Shown piece after piece: positions 49,034 to 61,268 of a stretch of DNA of 64,000 bases. The first letter of the stretch is position 1; the number at the start of each line of letters is the position of its first letter. Location: the NCBI GenBank assembly GCA_907165135.1, contig OU015569.1:6510001-6574000 (forward strand), written 5' to 3'. A program made the translations under genes and the position numbers. The DNA comes from Oikopleura dioica (Eukaryota > Animalia > Chordata). A model generated the notes under the pieces. That model was not told the DNA's origin. It saw nothing but the letters and a program-made list of their open reading frames with translations, and searched no databases.

Positions 49034-50141
49034 CTTCAGTACCCCCTCTTTCCGCACTTCCCATAACTCCGCTACTAATCAAAGACAAAATTCAAGTACT
49101 ACAACTATTCGTCCGTGTATTTATTAATTACCAACTTTACTCGTTTCTTCGCCAGCTCCTCTGAAACAAAGCATTATTCCTTCATTTGATTGACTTGACT
49201 TTCCTTAGCTTCAACTTATTATTTGTTCAATTTACCAACTTAGTAACAAAAATGTTGCCGATTTTATTTTCCATCCCAACTTAACGTTAAGTTCATTTTC
49301 GTTCCATTTAAGTTTCTCGAGTAATTCTGTAAAAAATGGACTCGATACCTTTATTACCTGATCTATATTCTAATAAGTTAATGTATTAGTAATACCGTGC
49401 TATTGTGGGATATTGCAACTGTTTAGCAAGGACAGTTTGAGTTCAAGGGGCATACTTTTTTCCAAAAGTAGCGCCAATTGATAATGCCGCCTCCGTTAGT
49501 CGAAGTGGCTCGTAACCAGCCGCTGGTTTAGTAGACTATATTGTGAACGTTGAAACTGATCAAACGGGCAAGTACAAGAGTAAGAATCCCACACTATTGG
49601 AGTCTGAAGTAAGCTCGTAGAATTTTCGGTTTGGCCAAAAAGCCTGCTCGACTGTAGATAGCCCTAGCGTTAGAATTTCAGACGACGATATCAGCCTTTA
49701 TTTTTTCATTGACATGAAACTAGAATGTTTTGATTGTTTCTTTGAGAATTAGACACGCTGGTCGATCTGTTATTCTCGATAAGTTTATCTCTTTGTTATA
49801 AAGTTTGTTCCAATGTTCCTCACTTAAATCAACATTTAAACCTCTTTCCTTCTTTTATGTACATTTATTATCAAAGAAAATTATACCAATAAAAATGTAA
49901 TGATATCCTTATGATTGGACTGGGAATGAAAGTTCTTTTTTCTTGCTCAACCCATCATTTTTATTTATTCAAAATATCTTACAAGCAAAGCACTTTAATT
50001 TCCGCGTCTGTCTTCTTGAAGTTTTATTCGAAAAAAAAAATTAACTTTAGTCAAGTTTTTCTTGTAAAAAATGCAAAATCAAAAAAATATACAGAAACAA
50101 GTTCATACAAGACTTAAAAAAGGGGAGGAAATTCGCGTACT

Positions 50142-51100
50142 TCAATCAGAGCCCTCTTCCGAGCTTGAACAAGACTCTTCTTCTTGAATTTCGGACTCTT
50201 CTGATGAAGATGATGATGACGAAGACGACGAGGATGATGACTTTGATGGAAGGGAGACTGATGATTTTTGCGATTGCGAGTCGTAAGAAATCGAGCAGTT
50301 CACTTCGTAGTCTGTTGTATCGAACATTTGCCCCCGTGGACTAGTATGATATAATATCTATCTTAAAGATGTTTATATACCTTCCATTGCTTGAGCTTGC
50401 ACTAGAGCTGATCGAAATCGATGGTTGGACAATAACTCCTTTATGATCGGCCACTTCTAATTTTAATTGTCCATTATACTCAAAAAATACCGCTGTTCAC
50501 CTTGTTGAGGAGTAGCAGGAACCAAATTCAAAGTTTCATCCTCCGAACTTAGGTTTCTTATAAAAGGTCAGCCACTAACGAATTTGAGGGTCTATTATTT
50601 TGAAGGTGATAATTCTACTTATCAGCATTGTTTAGGGCGTGACCGCTCCCTGACAAGTTCAACCTTGTGGGCGATTGAGTGCACTTCCAAATCGCAAACT
50701 TTACCGGGTCATTTGATTTGCAGGTGATGTTCGTAAGAGTGTTATTAAATGGTTGAGTTCTTTTGAACATTTGCAACTGTATCATGAACCCGGAAAAGCG
50801 CAATTTCACGACCCATTCCCGATTTCTGACTTTTTGTCCGAAGAAGAGCTAGAGCTGCTTGATGATGAACTGCTGCTCGAGGAAGAGTAATTTCTTGAAG
50901 AGAGTGACCGAGACGGAGAACAGCCAATATGAATATCTTCCATATCTCCTTGCCATACATCATCCTTTATTGAGTGAGAAAACAGATATAAATGAATGCG
51001 TTCATCAGTAGTATTACTCCCATAAGCACTCTGCCTGTAGTTGGTAGTGGGTATCTGGATGCTCCACGAGCTCAGCCTGCGTTGAACAGCAACATCCCAT
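50142..51100 (-). CDS. Ser-rich protein with an N-terminal MGCCCS lipidation motif (one gene, possibly two)
   Basis: MGCCCSTQAELVEHPDTHYQLQ splices through a GC-AG intron to DDVWQGDMEDIHIGCSPSRS...(S)n-DKKSEI. Downstream exons with GT-AG introns give ...VADHKGVIVQPSISISSSASSSNG-SPRGQMFDTTDYEV...(S)n-EESEI...*. The middle junctions are unresolved. Confidence 0.5.
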
Positions 51101-52186
51101 TGATTGTTGAGATGTTTTCACTCCGTGATGGGAGTTTCTTCAGAAAATAAACGGCACAGGCTGAAAATTTCTCTCACTGGAATTTCCAGGGTGAAAAGCA
51201 GAGGGATAAGAAAGGATTTTCTCTATGCCCTGCGTGCTAGAGGTCAGTAGAGCGATTGCTCGAGAGTCAGAATCATTTTTGACTGTGCTTGTATCACGAC
51301 GTACGTTACCTCCTCAAATCTCGCTCTTTCCCACTAAGTCAATCGCTTTCCCACACAACTCATCAAAAGAAACGTTTCAGCTAGGGACTTCCGTTTCGAT
51401 CTATGCATTTAATTTTAGTGTAGGCTTCCTGCAGCAAAGGTGGTATATTTCGTACAGAATGGACGAACATCATCTATTTTTTCTAGAACGCCAACAGTAA
51501 AATGTTTTTAGGTCAGCTACTAGAACTTTTTTCTTTAGTTATAAGATTTCCGAAATGCCAGCACCCAGTTATGTGATGACATAAGCTGAAATAAGTTTCT
51601 TTCATATTTAAGCCGAATCCGAGACTTTAAAATAGCGTAAAGCTAAAAAAGTACTTGTCATTCATCATATGCAAGTGTCACACTTCCGGTTCTGAAAGCA
51701 ATCCCTTCGGATCAAGTCACGGTTCAAAGCGATCATGCTTTAAAATTTACACCCTATTTAAGTGAACCTATTAACAGGGATTACCAAACGCTCAACTACA
51801 GTGCTCCGTGGACGCACATCGACTGTCGCAGGTCTTCCGGAACTGGGTCTTAAATTTTACTTGCAGATCGAATAATACTAGTTTAGCGCACTCCTTGCGT
51901 CACTTTATTCTGTTGAAGTAACTTAATAAGAATTTGCACTCTTACGGATCTATTTCAAATTTCGTTCTCTCCGATTTTGAGCATCATTTCGTCGATTTTG
52001 AGCAGTTCTTAAAAGGTGCAATAGACATGTTCTCTCGATTCTCTTAGAGAACAGTCTATTATTACCTTAAAAGAAACCCTCTAGGAATTTCGAAGTGACA
52101 TACAAGTTGAAGAGAGCAGGAGTATTTATAGCTTGGTAAGAATTCTCCTGAGTAGGATTGACAAGTATAAAAAAGTTGAGAAAGTA

Positions 52187-52460
52187 TCATGAATATCGGA
52201 CTAGATCTTGACAAATTGAAATTGTGATTGAATCAACAGTCGATAGGGACACTTTTTTGTATGGCAGAACTGTAGAAAACTGAGGTATTTGCAACCACTC
52301 AGTATCCTCAAGCTCTGCCTACAAAAACAAGGAAGCTCATCAATGTCGTTCAATGACTGACTTCCTCGAATTAACGTGTCAAAAGTATTTCTAGGACATC
52401 TACAAAGCTTTAAATGATCTTCCAGCGTTTCGGAGTAGGTAAGTATAAACAAATTCTAGA
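52187..52460 (-). CDS. Small hypothetical protein (3' exons)
   Basis: Terminal exon AELEDTEWLQIPQFSTVLPYKKVSLSTVDSITISICQDLVRYS* follows a TGTAG acceptor. The preceding exon is TYSETLEDHLKLCRCPRNTFDTLIR. Confidence 0.3.
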
Positions 52461-52559
52461 AGCATATTACATTTTGATTTTCTGTGGCCACAATTTTCTA
52501 TTGCAAGCTCATAAAGTTAGTTCTAAGCAAATTCATAAGTTTTGGTTCACAGAGACCTC

Positions 52560-53538
52560 ATGAAAGCGACCAGGAGTGACGGGATCTATTTCATCAAAGC
52601 TAAATTTACTTGGAGCAGACGCTGCCCGAGCAGCAGAAGCGGCAAGGTTGCTTGAAGAAGGAAAACAAGAAAAAGTTCTTCCACCGCCGAAAATAAGATG
52701 CCAAGCCTGGAAACTTCCTGTCGTCGAGAGCAAAATCACCCTTGTTGGAAAACGAATCGCACACCAGTAGGCTTCTATGAAGAATAATTGAGCAGTTTTG
52801 ATAATTTATTTCAGCTACGCTGTCGAACGACATGACATCTTTTGTCCAGCTTGCAATTGTTGCTTTGTCGATTTTCATGAGTATCAGGTAACAACGATGT
52901 AACTTACACTTATCGATATAAAAGATATCCATTAACATATTTTTCAGTCTCATTTAATCATCAAAGAAGCGGAAGAAGAAATCAAGGAAAAGATTCGTAT
53001 TTTCACGGCTGAGCAAGGACACAAAGCGCGTCAGATGGAGTCGATTTTCGAACGACACGGCAAGTACGCTGAGAGCAGGAGTGCACGACGAAAAAGTCGC
53101 CTGAAGTCTGTCGACTGGTCAAACTGGTCTTATCACATGGATCAAGTACAGGCGGAAATAAATACAGAAGAAAGCGACAGTTACAGGTAAGCTATCCGCA
53201 GTCCTCTTTGTTTCCATTATTACGATGTAGAGACCCGTCCTATAAATTCGCGACTGGCGATGGTCAAACGGAAAAACGAATGTACAAGCGCGAGGCTGCT
53301 ATAGAAGAATATAAGCGCATTCGAGCCTTGTTTACAGATCTGAAGGAACTGGTTCTATTTTCTTCATTGCTGCAAGAAAAGAAAAATAAAGCTGAACCCG
53401 TGAAAGCATAGAAAGTATCTTCGCGAAATGATGAACAAAAATGAACACAACGGGTACTTTGCATTGCCCTCGATCGCGAATGGCAACAAAAGAATTACTT
53501 TCACGGAGAATACCGATAGCGACACATCTGTCTACTAA
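52560..53538 (+). CDS. Hypothetical protein with a C2H-type zinc-finger-like motif
   Basis: Five exons join in phase: ...GKRIAH-HYAVERHDIFCPACNCCFVDFHEYQ-SHLIIKEAEEE...SY-RDPSYKF...DLK-HRKYLREMM...TSVY*. The last intron is GA-AG. The start codon is uncertain. Confidence 0.6.
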
Positions 53539-53791
53539 AAGAAGTTCTTGCACAGGTCTGGGAGAGACCCATCGTAAAAGATTCGGGTCTTTGACCAAAA
53601 TTTAACTGAGCATTTTACCTGATAATATTTATTTAATATTATTTAATAAAGTCATTCTGGACACACCATGATTCATGTTACATGAGAAGATAATTAGATG
53701 TTTATTATTGAACTTGCGACAGGATTAGTTCGTGAATGGCAGTGAGATTCGATGGTCAGGGAGTATCTATTACTAATGGACCATTAGGCGG

Positions 53792-56451
53792 TTAGATTGG
53801 GGCATCGTCAAGGCTGAGCTTGTTGCAACTCTTTTGAGGACGCATCATTCGGCTGGTTGAGGGTTGAGCGTGTAGAATTGCAGGGTCGTTGTATGTTGAT
53901 ACTGTTCGCGGATGTCCTTAGTTTATGTAAATTGATTAACCGACCTGGCTAAATTTAGACAAACCTGTAAGATTCTGTGTCGACATAGAGGTACCCTTCC
54001 CCATCTTCGCTTGTGAAGTACTGGACGATTTAGCAAAGAGACTTTTGAAAATTTTCTTTGTCACGCCCATCTTCTTGCGCGTCTGAGATGAGGGCTCCTC
54101 GCGAACAAGATTTTGCGTTGCGGAGAAGGTGACTTGAACATCGCTTCCTGGAGTTGCTTGGATAGTTCGATAGAGGCAAGAATTCTCATGCGGTTCTTGA
54201 TATTTCGGTGGTTTAGGCTAATATTTAGTAGAATTTAATTGTTATAGTTGTTCTTACTTCCGTTCGAGTAAGAGGTACCCGCTTGACTCTGCGTTCAGAA
54301 GACTTTCCCAAGTTACTAGCCGCTGTAGGTTTGTGGAAAGTTTTTCCATGAAAACCTGACCGTTCTCGGTATCTTCTCGTGGAAAAACGTCCAGATTGTC
54401 TAGCTGAACTTTGGATATTTTCAGTCGCCAACTCATCAATTCGATGGTGATTTCTGTGGACCGAAAGTCGCGGGGGCATATGAACTCGGTCTAAGCCAGT
54501 AACTGATTGGGAAATTCCGACCCAATTTTGTGTCGCTTCCCGAGCAGATGTTTTTTCTTCCGGATCGTAAAAATCTTATTATAAACAACTGATAATAACT
54601 CCTAAATTGCACCTTGTTGATGGAAGTTTTTCTCCTCGATAGGGGGGCGTTGCGGCATAATCGGATGAGAGTTTCTGGCGACTGCTGGCACATCCTCGAG
54701 TCTCGTTAGCTCTTTTCGGAGCTCTTTGTAGGTTCCCGCACGAGCCCCCTTATATGGAGTCGATGAACTCTTAGCAAGAAATAATTCAAATTATTTTTTA
54801 TTGTTTTCCGTTCACCTTGACCGACTCCTGACTCGGCACATGGCCTCGTTCTATTTCTTCATGAATGGTGCACTCATTGAAGGTCGAAGTCAGATTGTTC
54901 AGCTTCTCCTTTATGTCGTTGATTTGTTCTATATTCTCCATCGTTCTTCACATAGTAGATCACTTTTTAAACTTTAACGATAGGCGACGTACCTATGCAA
55001 CTTTCGTTTTTGGAATTGACCACCCGGATTGGAAACGTATCCGGGGTTGTTCATCGATTTGCTCATTGCTGGCACTCTCGACTTCTTTCGTTTGATCGAA
55101 CTGGCGTTCGACGCAAGCATACCAGTAGTAACGTCGTCTTGAGTTACCTGTTCCATCGTTTTGTTGATCATTTCTGTCGCCTCCGCCTGGTTCTTAGCGA
55201 TCCGTAGACCATGTTTTGAGGAATCTTTTGGTGGAATAACAGGCTCGATTTCTACCTCATCCTCTGTTTCATAGTCATTGTCGTCTTCATCTTCCTGGCC
55301 TTCGGTAGCAGTGGGAGGCTCTGTAACCCACTGCGGGACGGCTTTCACTGATGCTTGGAGAACGTTCTTTTTAGCCCGGTCCAAGGTGACATCAAGCTGA
55401 ATAGATTCTTGGACAGCTTCGGCGTTCATGGTTTTGATGACAAGAGACTTTTTCTCCGTAGCTTGGTTTGGCTTTGTCCTGTGCGGCGGGATATTCGCGG
55501 GAAGCAGAGAAGGCTTTTTAAATATTATTCATTGAAGCCAATTATGAACTTACATGGGGCGTTGAACCAGGTGGCAAAGAATTGTCGTTGTGAGTTGTTG
55601 CTGTATCTGGTCGGCCACTATCAACGGCGGACTGCTGCGAATTGGATCGTGTCATTCCCTGCTGATGATACATCTGTTGCTGAACGTGCACATGTGGATG
55701 CTGATGGCCATTTCCTTGCTGAATTTTCTGCTGCTGAAGACTGTCTCTTTGTTGTTGCTGAAGTTTCCTGCTCTGTTCGTACAGGTGGTTTTGCTGCTTT
55801 TTGGCGATTTTCAATATAGTGAATTTCTGACTGGTAAAAACTGATAATCTAGCGTTATTTATCAAAATCTCCCTGTTGAAGAAGGATTTCTTGCTGATGT
55901 CTCATTAATCTTTGTTGTTCTTTAAGGATCTCCTGCGATTGCGGCGAGTGGTTGAACTGAGTATACATAGAAGGGTGAATATTCGTCGCCACAGTGGAAG
56001 GCTCAATGTAGCCAGTATTTGGGCCCTGTGGACCAAGTCGAGCATTCGCGTTGTAGAGATTTCTTTAATCGAATAAGGCAATTTTACAATCGTGAAAGAC
56101 CTACCTTCCAAAACCTTGCATGTTTATCAGATGGATTTGATTCTGAGACGGATCCATCATATAAACTGGATGGGTCATAAATCCTCCAGCAGCACCAAAG
56201 GGGTACATCATTTGCTGCTGCTGCATAAGTTGTTGCTGAGCGAGTAGTTGGGCGTGTTGTTGCTAGAGCGTGTTATTGATCCAATTCACTATAATTCTTT
56301 TCGAAAGTACCTGAAAAAATTGTGCCCGTGCCTGTGCAGCCTGTTCATAACAAACCGAAATTCCATTCTGGATTTCTTGCATCTGAGACTGTATATTTCT
56401 CCCCCCATAATACTGATTCTGGTTCCGGTTGCGGTTTCCATTTTGTTGCAT
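53792..56451 (-). CDS. Long Gln/Asn-rich low-complexity protein
   Basis: About 10 exons, mostly GT-AG, join MQQNGNRNRNQNQYYGG, QQHAQLLAQQQLMQQQQ, QQQQRDSLQQQKIQQ, acidic EDEDDNDYETEDE, a coiled-coil-like segment and ...KLSLDDAPI*. No folded domain recognised. Confidence 0.65.
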
Positions 56452-57200
56452 CTTTCGGGCTAATTATCTCTTTTATCCGTTTTCTAACAATGTAAAAAAT
56501 GAGTGCAGCAATATGTCACGACCGGGCAGCTCGCAAAATGCGGCCGCGAAGTCAAAATTTGGTGGAGATTAAATCTGTTTGCAAAAAATCCGTTGCAACA
56601 TGGTCGCTTTTGCTGAGATCTCTTGATAACAGATTATATGTCAAGGACCGGAAAACTTCCATATAATTTCTATGATATAAACAATTTTACAATATGTGGA
56701 CCTTTGGTGACCCGTCATGAACAGATCATTCATAACAGTTTTCGTCGCGATAGCTTACAATTCCGCTAGAAATTTCCGATTATCAAATAAAGTCCTCCAC
56801 ATTTAGAGTAGGCAGTCAGTTCAACTTTTTTCGACGTCATGACCATATCAGTTTCTCCAGCGGTTTTTTAAACCCGTCGGAGTGTCCTAATTGGCCGAGT
56901 AATGTCTTCAAATTTTTCGCCTACATTTTTATAAATTGCTTATGCCAGTTGTTAGATTAACTTGGCATTGACATCGACGAGTCAGAGAGAGAGAGAAGCA
57001 TCTCCAGAGAATAGAGAAGGTACTTATATTGCTAGAGAGAAGCGAAACCACCAGTGGAACCTGAAAACGCCATCTTTCCCTTTTCAAACTTAGGGGAAAT
57101 CTCCTAGGGCGAATGAGGCTTTTCGACGACATTTTTGATTCTTCGCGAAGCTGTTGACTAAGCATAAACTTGAATTTTTATTTAACAAGTGATTTTTAGA

Positions 57201-57830
57201 ATGAACAAGACAGAAAGCAACGACCATAAAATTTTTACTTCCGGACCGTTTGCCAGCAAAGATAAAGAGTTGTTAGAGAATGCATATTCAAAGAATCCGT
57301 CACCTTCAAGGAAATGGCCAGAATAATATATATATATTATTTCCGAAGTAATTAAAATTTTACTATCATTTCTAGCTAAATAAAGAGATGAGCGCGTTCA
57401 ATTAGCCACAATGTTAAACCGAAAACTTGATTCAATAAGTAGATGGTTTTCTACTCGGCGAAGAAAGGAACAAGCTGGACGGAAACCTTCTCTTGATGAG
57501 AAAACGGCTGCTCCAAAGGAAGAGAAAACAAATGCAACAGTAATCATAAGCTCCAAATTTTATAGTGCATAAACAAATATCATTATTTTTAAACAAAAAA
57601 CAGATAGACGAGACTTTTTTCAGGAGATTAGCGACGACGAAGATAGCGACGAGTACGAGTACGAGTATTTCAAAACAGAGCATAAAATGGAAGACCAGTT
57701 ATTCGAAGGCGGGCCAATTACTTCAACAAAATACGAATCAGGAGAACCGCGAACTTATGTAGTAGGATATGTACAAGCTGAAGAAGCTAGAATGCTTTTC
57801 TCCAACGAAATTGAAAATGAAACTGATTGA
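57201..57830 (+). CDS. Divergent homeobox protein (S50, T51)
   Basis: Exons 57201-57310, 57386-57539 and 57624-57830. The spliced homeodomain PFASKDKELLENAYSKNPSPSRDERVQLATMLNRKLDSISRWFSTRRRKE has F8, L16, E17, Y20, P26, R31, L34, A35, L38, I45, W48, F49, R52 and R53 at canonical spacing. An acidic tail follows. The first intron is GA-AG. Upstream exons are possible. Confidence 0.8.
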
Positions 57831-58623
57831 TAAAAATTAAGGTAAGATGCTTCCGTTTTCGTCAAAGGTTCGCCTTTCGTTACAATCATTTGATTTTCGA
57901 GTAAACATATTAAGTATCGAGCCTTTCTCCTGACATTTCCCGGCAGCCACTTATCTGCTGTAAATATAAATTGAAATCACCAATAAAAATAAAAACTGCC
58001 ATCTTGTTTGTTTTGATTGATAAAGGAGCGCGATACTATCCTCATATAAATTCTTTTTAAGAATAGGGCAAGCAGGTTATTCAAAGCAGGTCGCCCATGA
58101 CATATACTTTTTGTAAAAAAGGAGAAAGTTCTGTCGCATGGCATTCTTCGCGCGACGTGACATCCCTCTTTGACCTTGGAAGTTGGAACCGTGGGAATCC
58201 TCAACCTTTTTTATTTTTGCTCAAGCCCAAACAGGATACAGAGACATATTAAAAGAACAAGAAAAATTCAAGCAAACTGCGCAGTAAAAATCATTTCGCA
58301 ATCGTAATCAAATTTAATAACATGCATCAAATGCGTGGTGGCGGCACACGGGAGACCGTTTAGCAATTACTGATAACAAAGAAGACGAGAGATTGCTGCA
58401 CAGGAGCAGTCCGTCTTAGTAGTTGGACATCTATTTCAGGTATGATTGGGGAAAGATTAACTCAACTTGTTGTATGAAAATCATTATTTTGGTTGTCAAT
58501 TTCTTTATTACCATTTGTAACATCTTTACCCCATTTAGATAATTTTAGGAATTTCAGTGATTTCTAGCTGCTTATTACGTATTTGTTAGTTCATTTCTAA
58601 TCGTTTTTCGAATGTTTAGATTA

Positions 58624-60774
58624 TGGCGCTGGAACGTAAGCATTCCAAATATTACATGCGAAAAATGATTGTTCTGATTTTTAAGAAGTACCAACTGATG
58701 GCGTCGACCATCAGACGCAACGCCTCCTTGGCCACACCATTACAAATAGCGAAAAATTAAGATTGGTGTCTTGAAAATAATATTTTTTAATTAACCGAAC
58801 TTCTTTGACTCCTATAAAGAAGTATGAGAGATTTTCACCTATCCAATGGCATCTCCTACTTTCTATCTATGTGTGAAGTACTATTCTATGCTGGCGTTGT
58901 ATATGGCTTCGGATTTGTACAGTATATTCTTGAGTAGGGCCAGATATGCATAGACAATATATTTTTGAAGAAAATAGAAGTTTTCTAAACTTTGAATTCT
59001 ATACTTTTCTGATCCTCTGTGAGAACTTGAAGGAGTTTTTTGGAATGAGCTATGCTTTGACCCAACAAATCCGGAACACATCGACAAATGTAATGTCAAC
59101 TGTGATACTAAATGTGATAATAATACACTAAAAATCAGCTGCCCGGAAGAACTCACGAAAGTTCCTTGCCCAGAGTAAGAAAATTTTAGAAGAAATGCTT
59201 ACTGATATTTTCTAAAGATCTCAGGCGGAGTTCAACTCAATATACACGTGGTTCCTTCTCAGTTCTAGTTTAACAGTGCTTATGCTCGACCCTATTCTCA
59301 ACAGATTTGGCATATTTGTTTGTCGCTTTATTTGTGTTCTTTTCACGACTGGGGGGCTTGTTTGCTTGTGTCTTTACGGTAAGATTTAATTTAGAATAAC
59401 TTCCATTCCTTGGGGTCCATCCTCAAGCAGACACAAGAATTTTATCATAGAGACGAATCCGTACTTGCTTTGGGGAGCATGGCAGCTGATGGGTGTGTCG
59501 GCAACAATGTACATAATCATGAATATCCGGGAACAATGTGCACTTTATCCGAATTCTTCTGGAATCACACTTGGCCTTATTAATGGTTTTTTCGATGCAT
59601 CAGGTTCTTCATAAGAATACAAGTGTTCATTTGATCAACATATTTAGCTGGAGTCTTCCTTGCCTTTAAATTTATCTACGATGCAGATCTTCCTAACGTG
59701 ACGGTCCCACAGATGTTTTCTTACTACACGATGGGAGTTGGTCTCATCTGGGTCAAGCTCTTCTTTTTCTGCCCTCGCTATGACGTCAAAAAAGAAGAAA
59801 ACTACACTATTCTATCGGATTCGTTCGTAGGCAGCTTCTTCAAGAGCACAAAGATCGAAACGGTCGAGACTAAAGTCGAAGAAGTGAAGCCAGTAACGTG
59901 GCAAGAGTACAAAAAGTCCGTCTTCAGTCTCAACTTCCTGCTTTTCAATATTTTCTCAATCATAACCACCTTGAGAATATCGTCTATTCCTATTTGGATT
60001 CTCCCATGGCTCAAGTGGACATTTCAGGATTTCCCGGAGGACGAAGCCAGCGAATTGGTCTCTAAAAACATGGACATTTACGGAATCATGTTCTATGCGA
60101 GTATTATCATTTGTCCGATTCCTGGTAAGTTTTAACAATGGATTTTGCTTTAATATTTTTAAGGGATGATTCTGAAAGGCATAGAAAAATTTATTTGCAA
60201 AGAAAAACTTAGAGCCGAATATTACGGCTTAATTTGGTTTTCTCTTTTTACTGCCTTGTTTTGCGCCGTTCTGTCCTTTCAAATGTGCATTATTGGTTCA
60301 GAGGCTAATGCTACTTCCTTAGTCATAGAATTTTCATTTTTGAGGTAAGTGATTTTTTCTTTCTGTATGAAAAATGCTTCTAAAGGACAATTTATTTCAT
60401 CTCAAGAAGCATGTATCTATTTCAACAGTTTCCAGCGGAGCATTTTGGCCTTCTTTATGGCATCTGTATTTTCATGCTGGCTGGCACTCAGTATGCGATC
60501 GAGCCTCTTTTCAAACTTATACAGGAACTGGTTTAACTCTCAAAGAATAAGCAAGCATTCTTTGGCTTCAATTAATAAACCATCAAAGGGAACTGAAGGA
60601 GAAATGGACTTTGTTCTAGTTTCATTTTCTATGGGCATCGCTTGCGCCGCCTGTATTTACCTACCAATCTACAATGTGATTGTAGCCAAGAGATTTCTGA
60701 CGAAGCGCGACTCTTCTCAAAATCGTAATGACTCGATGATGTCGAAAAAAGACACTTTCGCCGATGAACTCTAG
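58624..60774 (+). CDS. SLC43A: SLC43-family MFS transporter (LAT3/SLC43A3-like)
   Basis: MCEVLFYAGVVYGFGFVQYIL (cf. LECLGFAGVLFGWPSL); SQAEFNSIYT; ILNRFGIFVCRFI; GLINGFFDAS (cf. LYNGAFDSS). Many hydrophobic helices and short introns; ends DTFADEL*. The start is uncertain. Confidence 0.8.
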
Positions 60775-61268
60775 CTTATGCTAAAACTGTACCAAAATAA
60801 ATTGTAGACATAAAGTGCCTTCCAAACTTTTGTTGCCAGACTCTCTTTTGTGTCGATCAGATCATTTGAACTAGGGATTTTCCTGTTTGAAAGAATCTGT
60901 GAAATCGAGAAGTAAGGATGATGGAGAAATTCTGGAGCGGCTCAGTTTGGCAAAGAAACATTCCTGTTCCTATCGATAAGGCAGGCCCGATGAGATTAGT
61001 TAGATCTTCACGTTGTCGTTTCTTCTAAGCGTAAGAGTATTTACGCGTTTTCGCCGCGGGCAACTTTTGGAACGCTGCGGGAGACTGATGAGAACTGAAG
61101 GTGCGCTGGACGAGTAAGAAGGCTCCATGTCCAGCGAGCGCTCGAACCCTTAACGCGCGGCGCAAAAATAAGTAAGGTCAAAGAAAAAAATGAATATGAA
61201 ACATTTTTTGTGATCCCTTTTTTAAAGAGAATAACCGCAGTAGTAGAGGATAGAATAGAGAATCGTCA

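Noticed and set aside
49336-49760. Possible small plus-strand gene (DYIVNVETDQTGKYKSKNPTLLESE followed by GTAAGC)
   Set aside because: Only one plausible exon; neighbouring segments contain stops.
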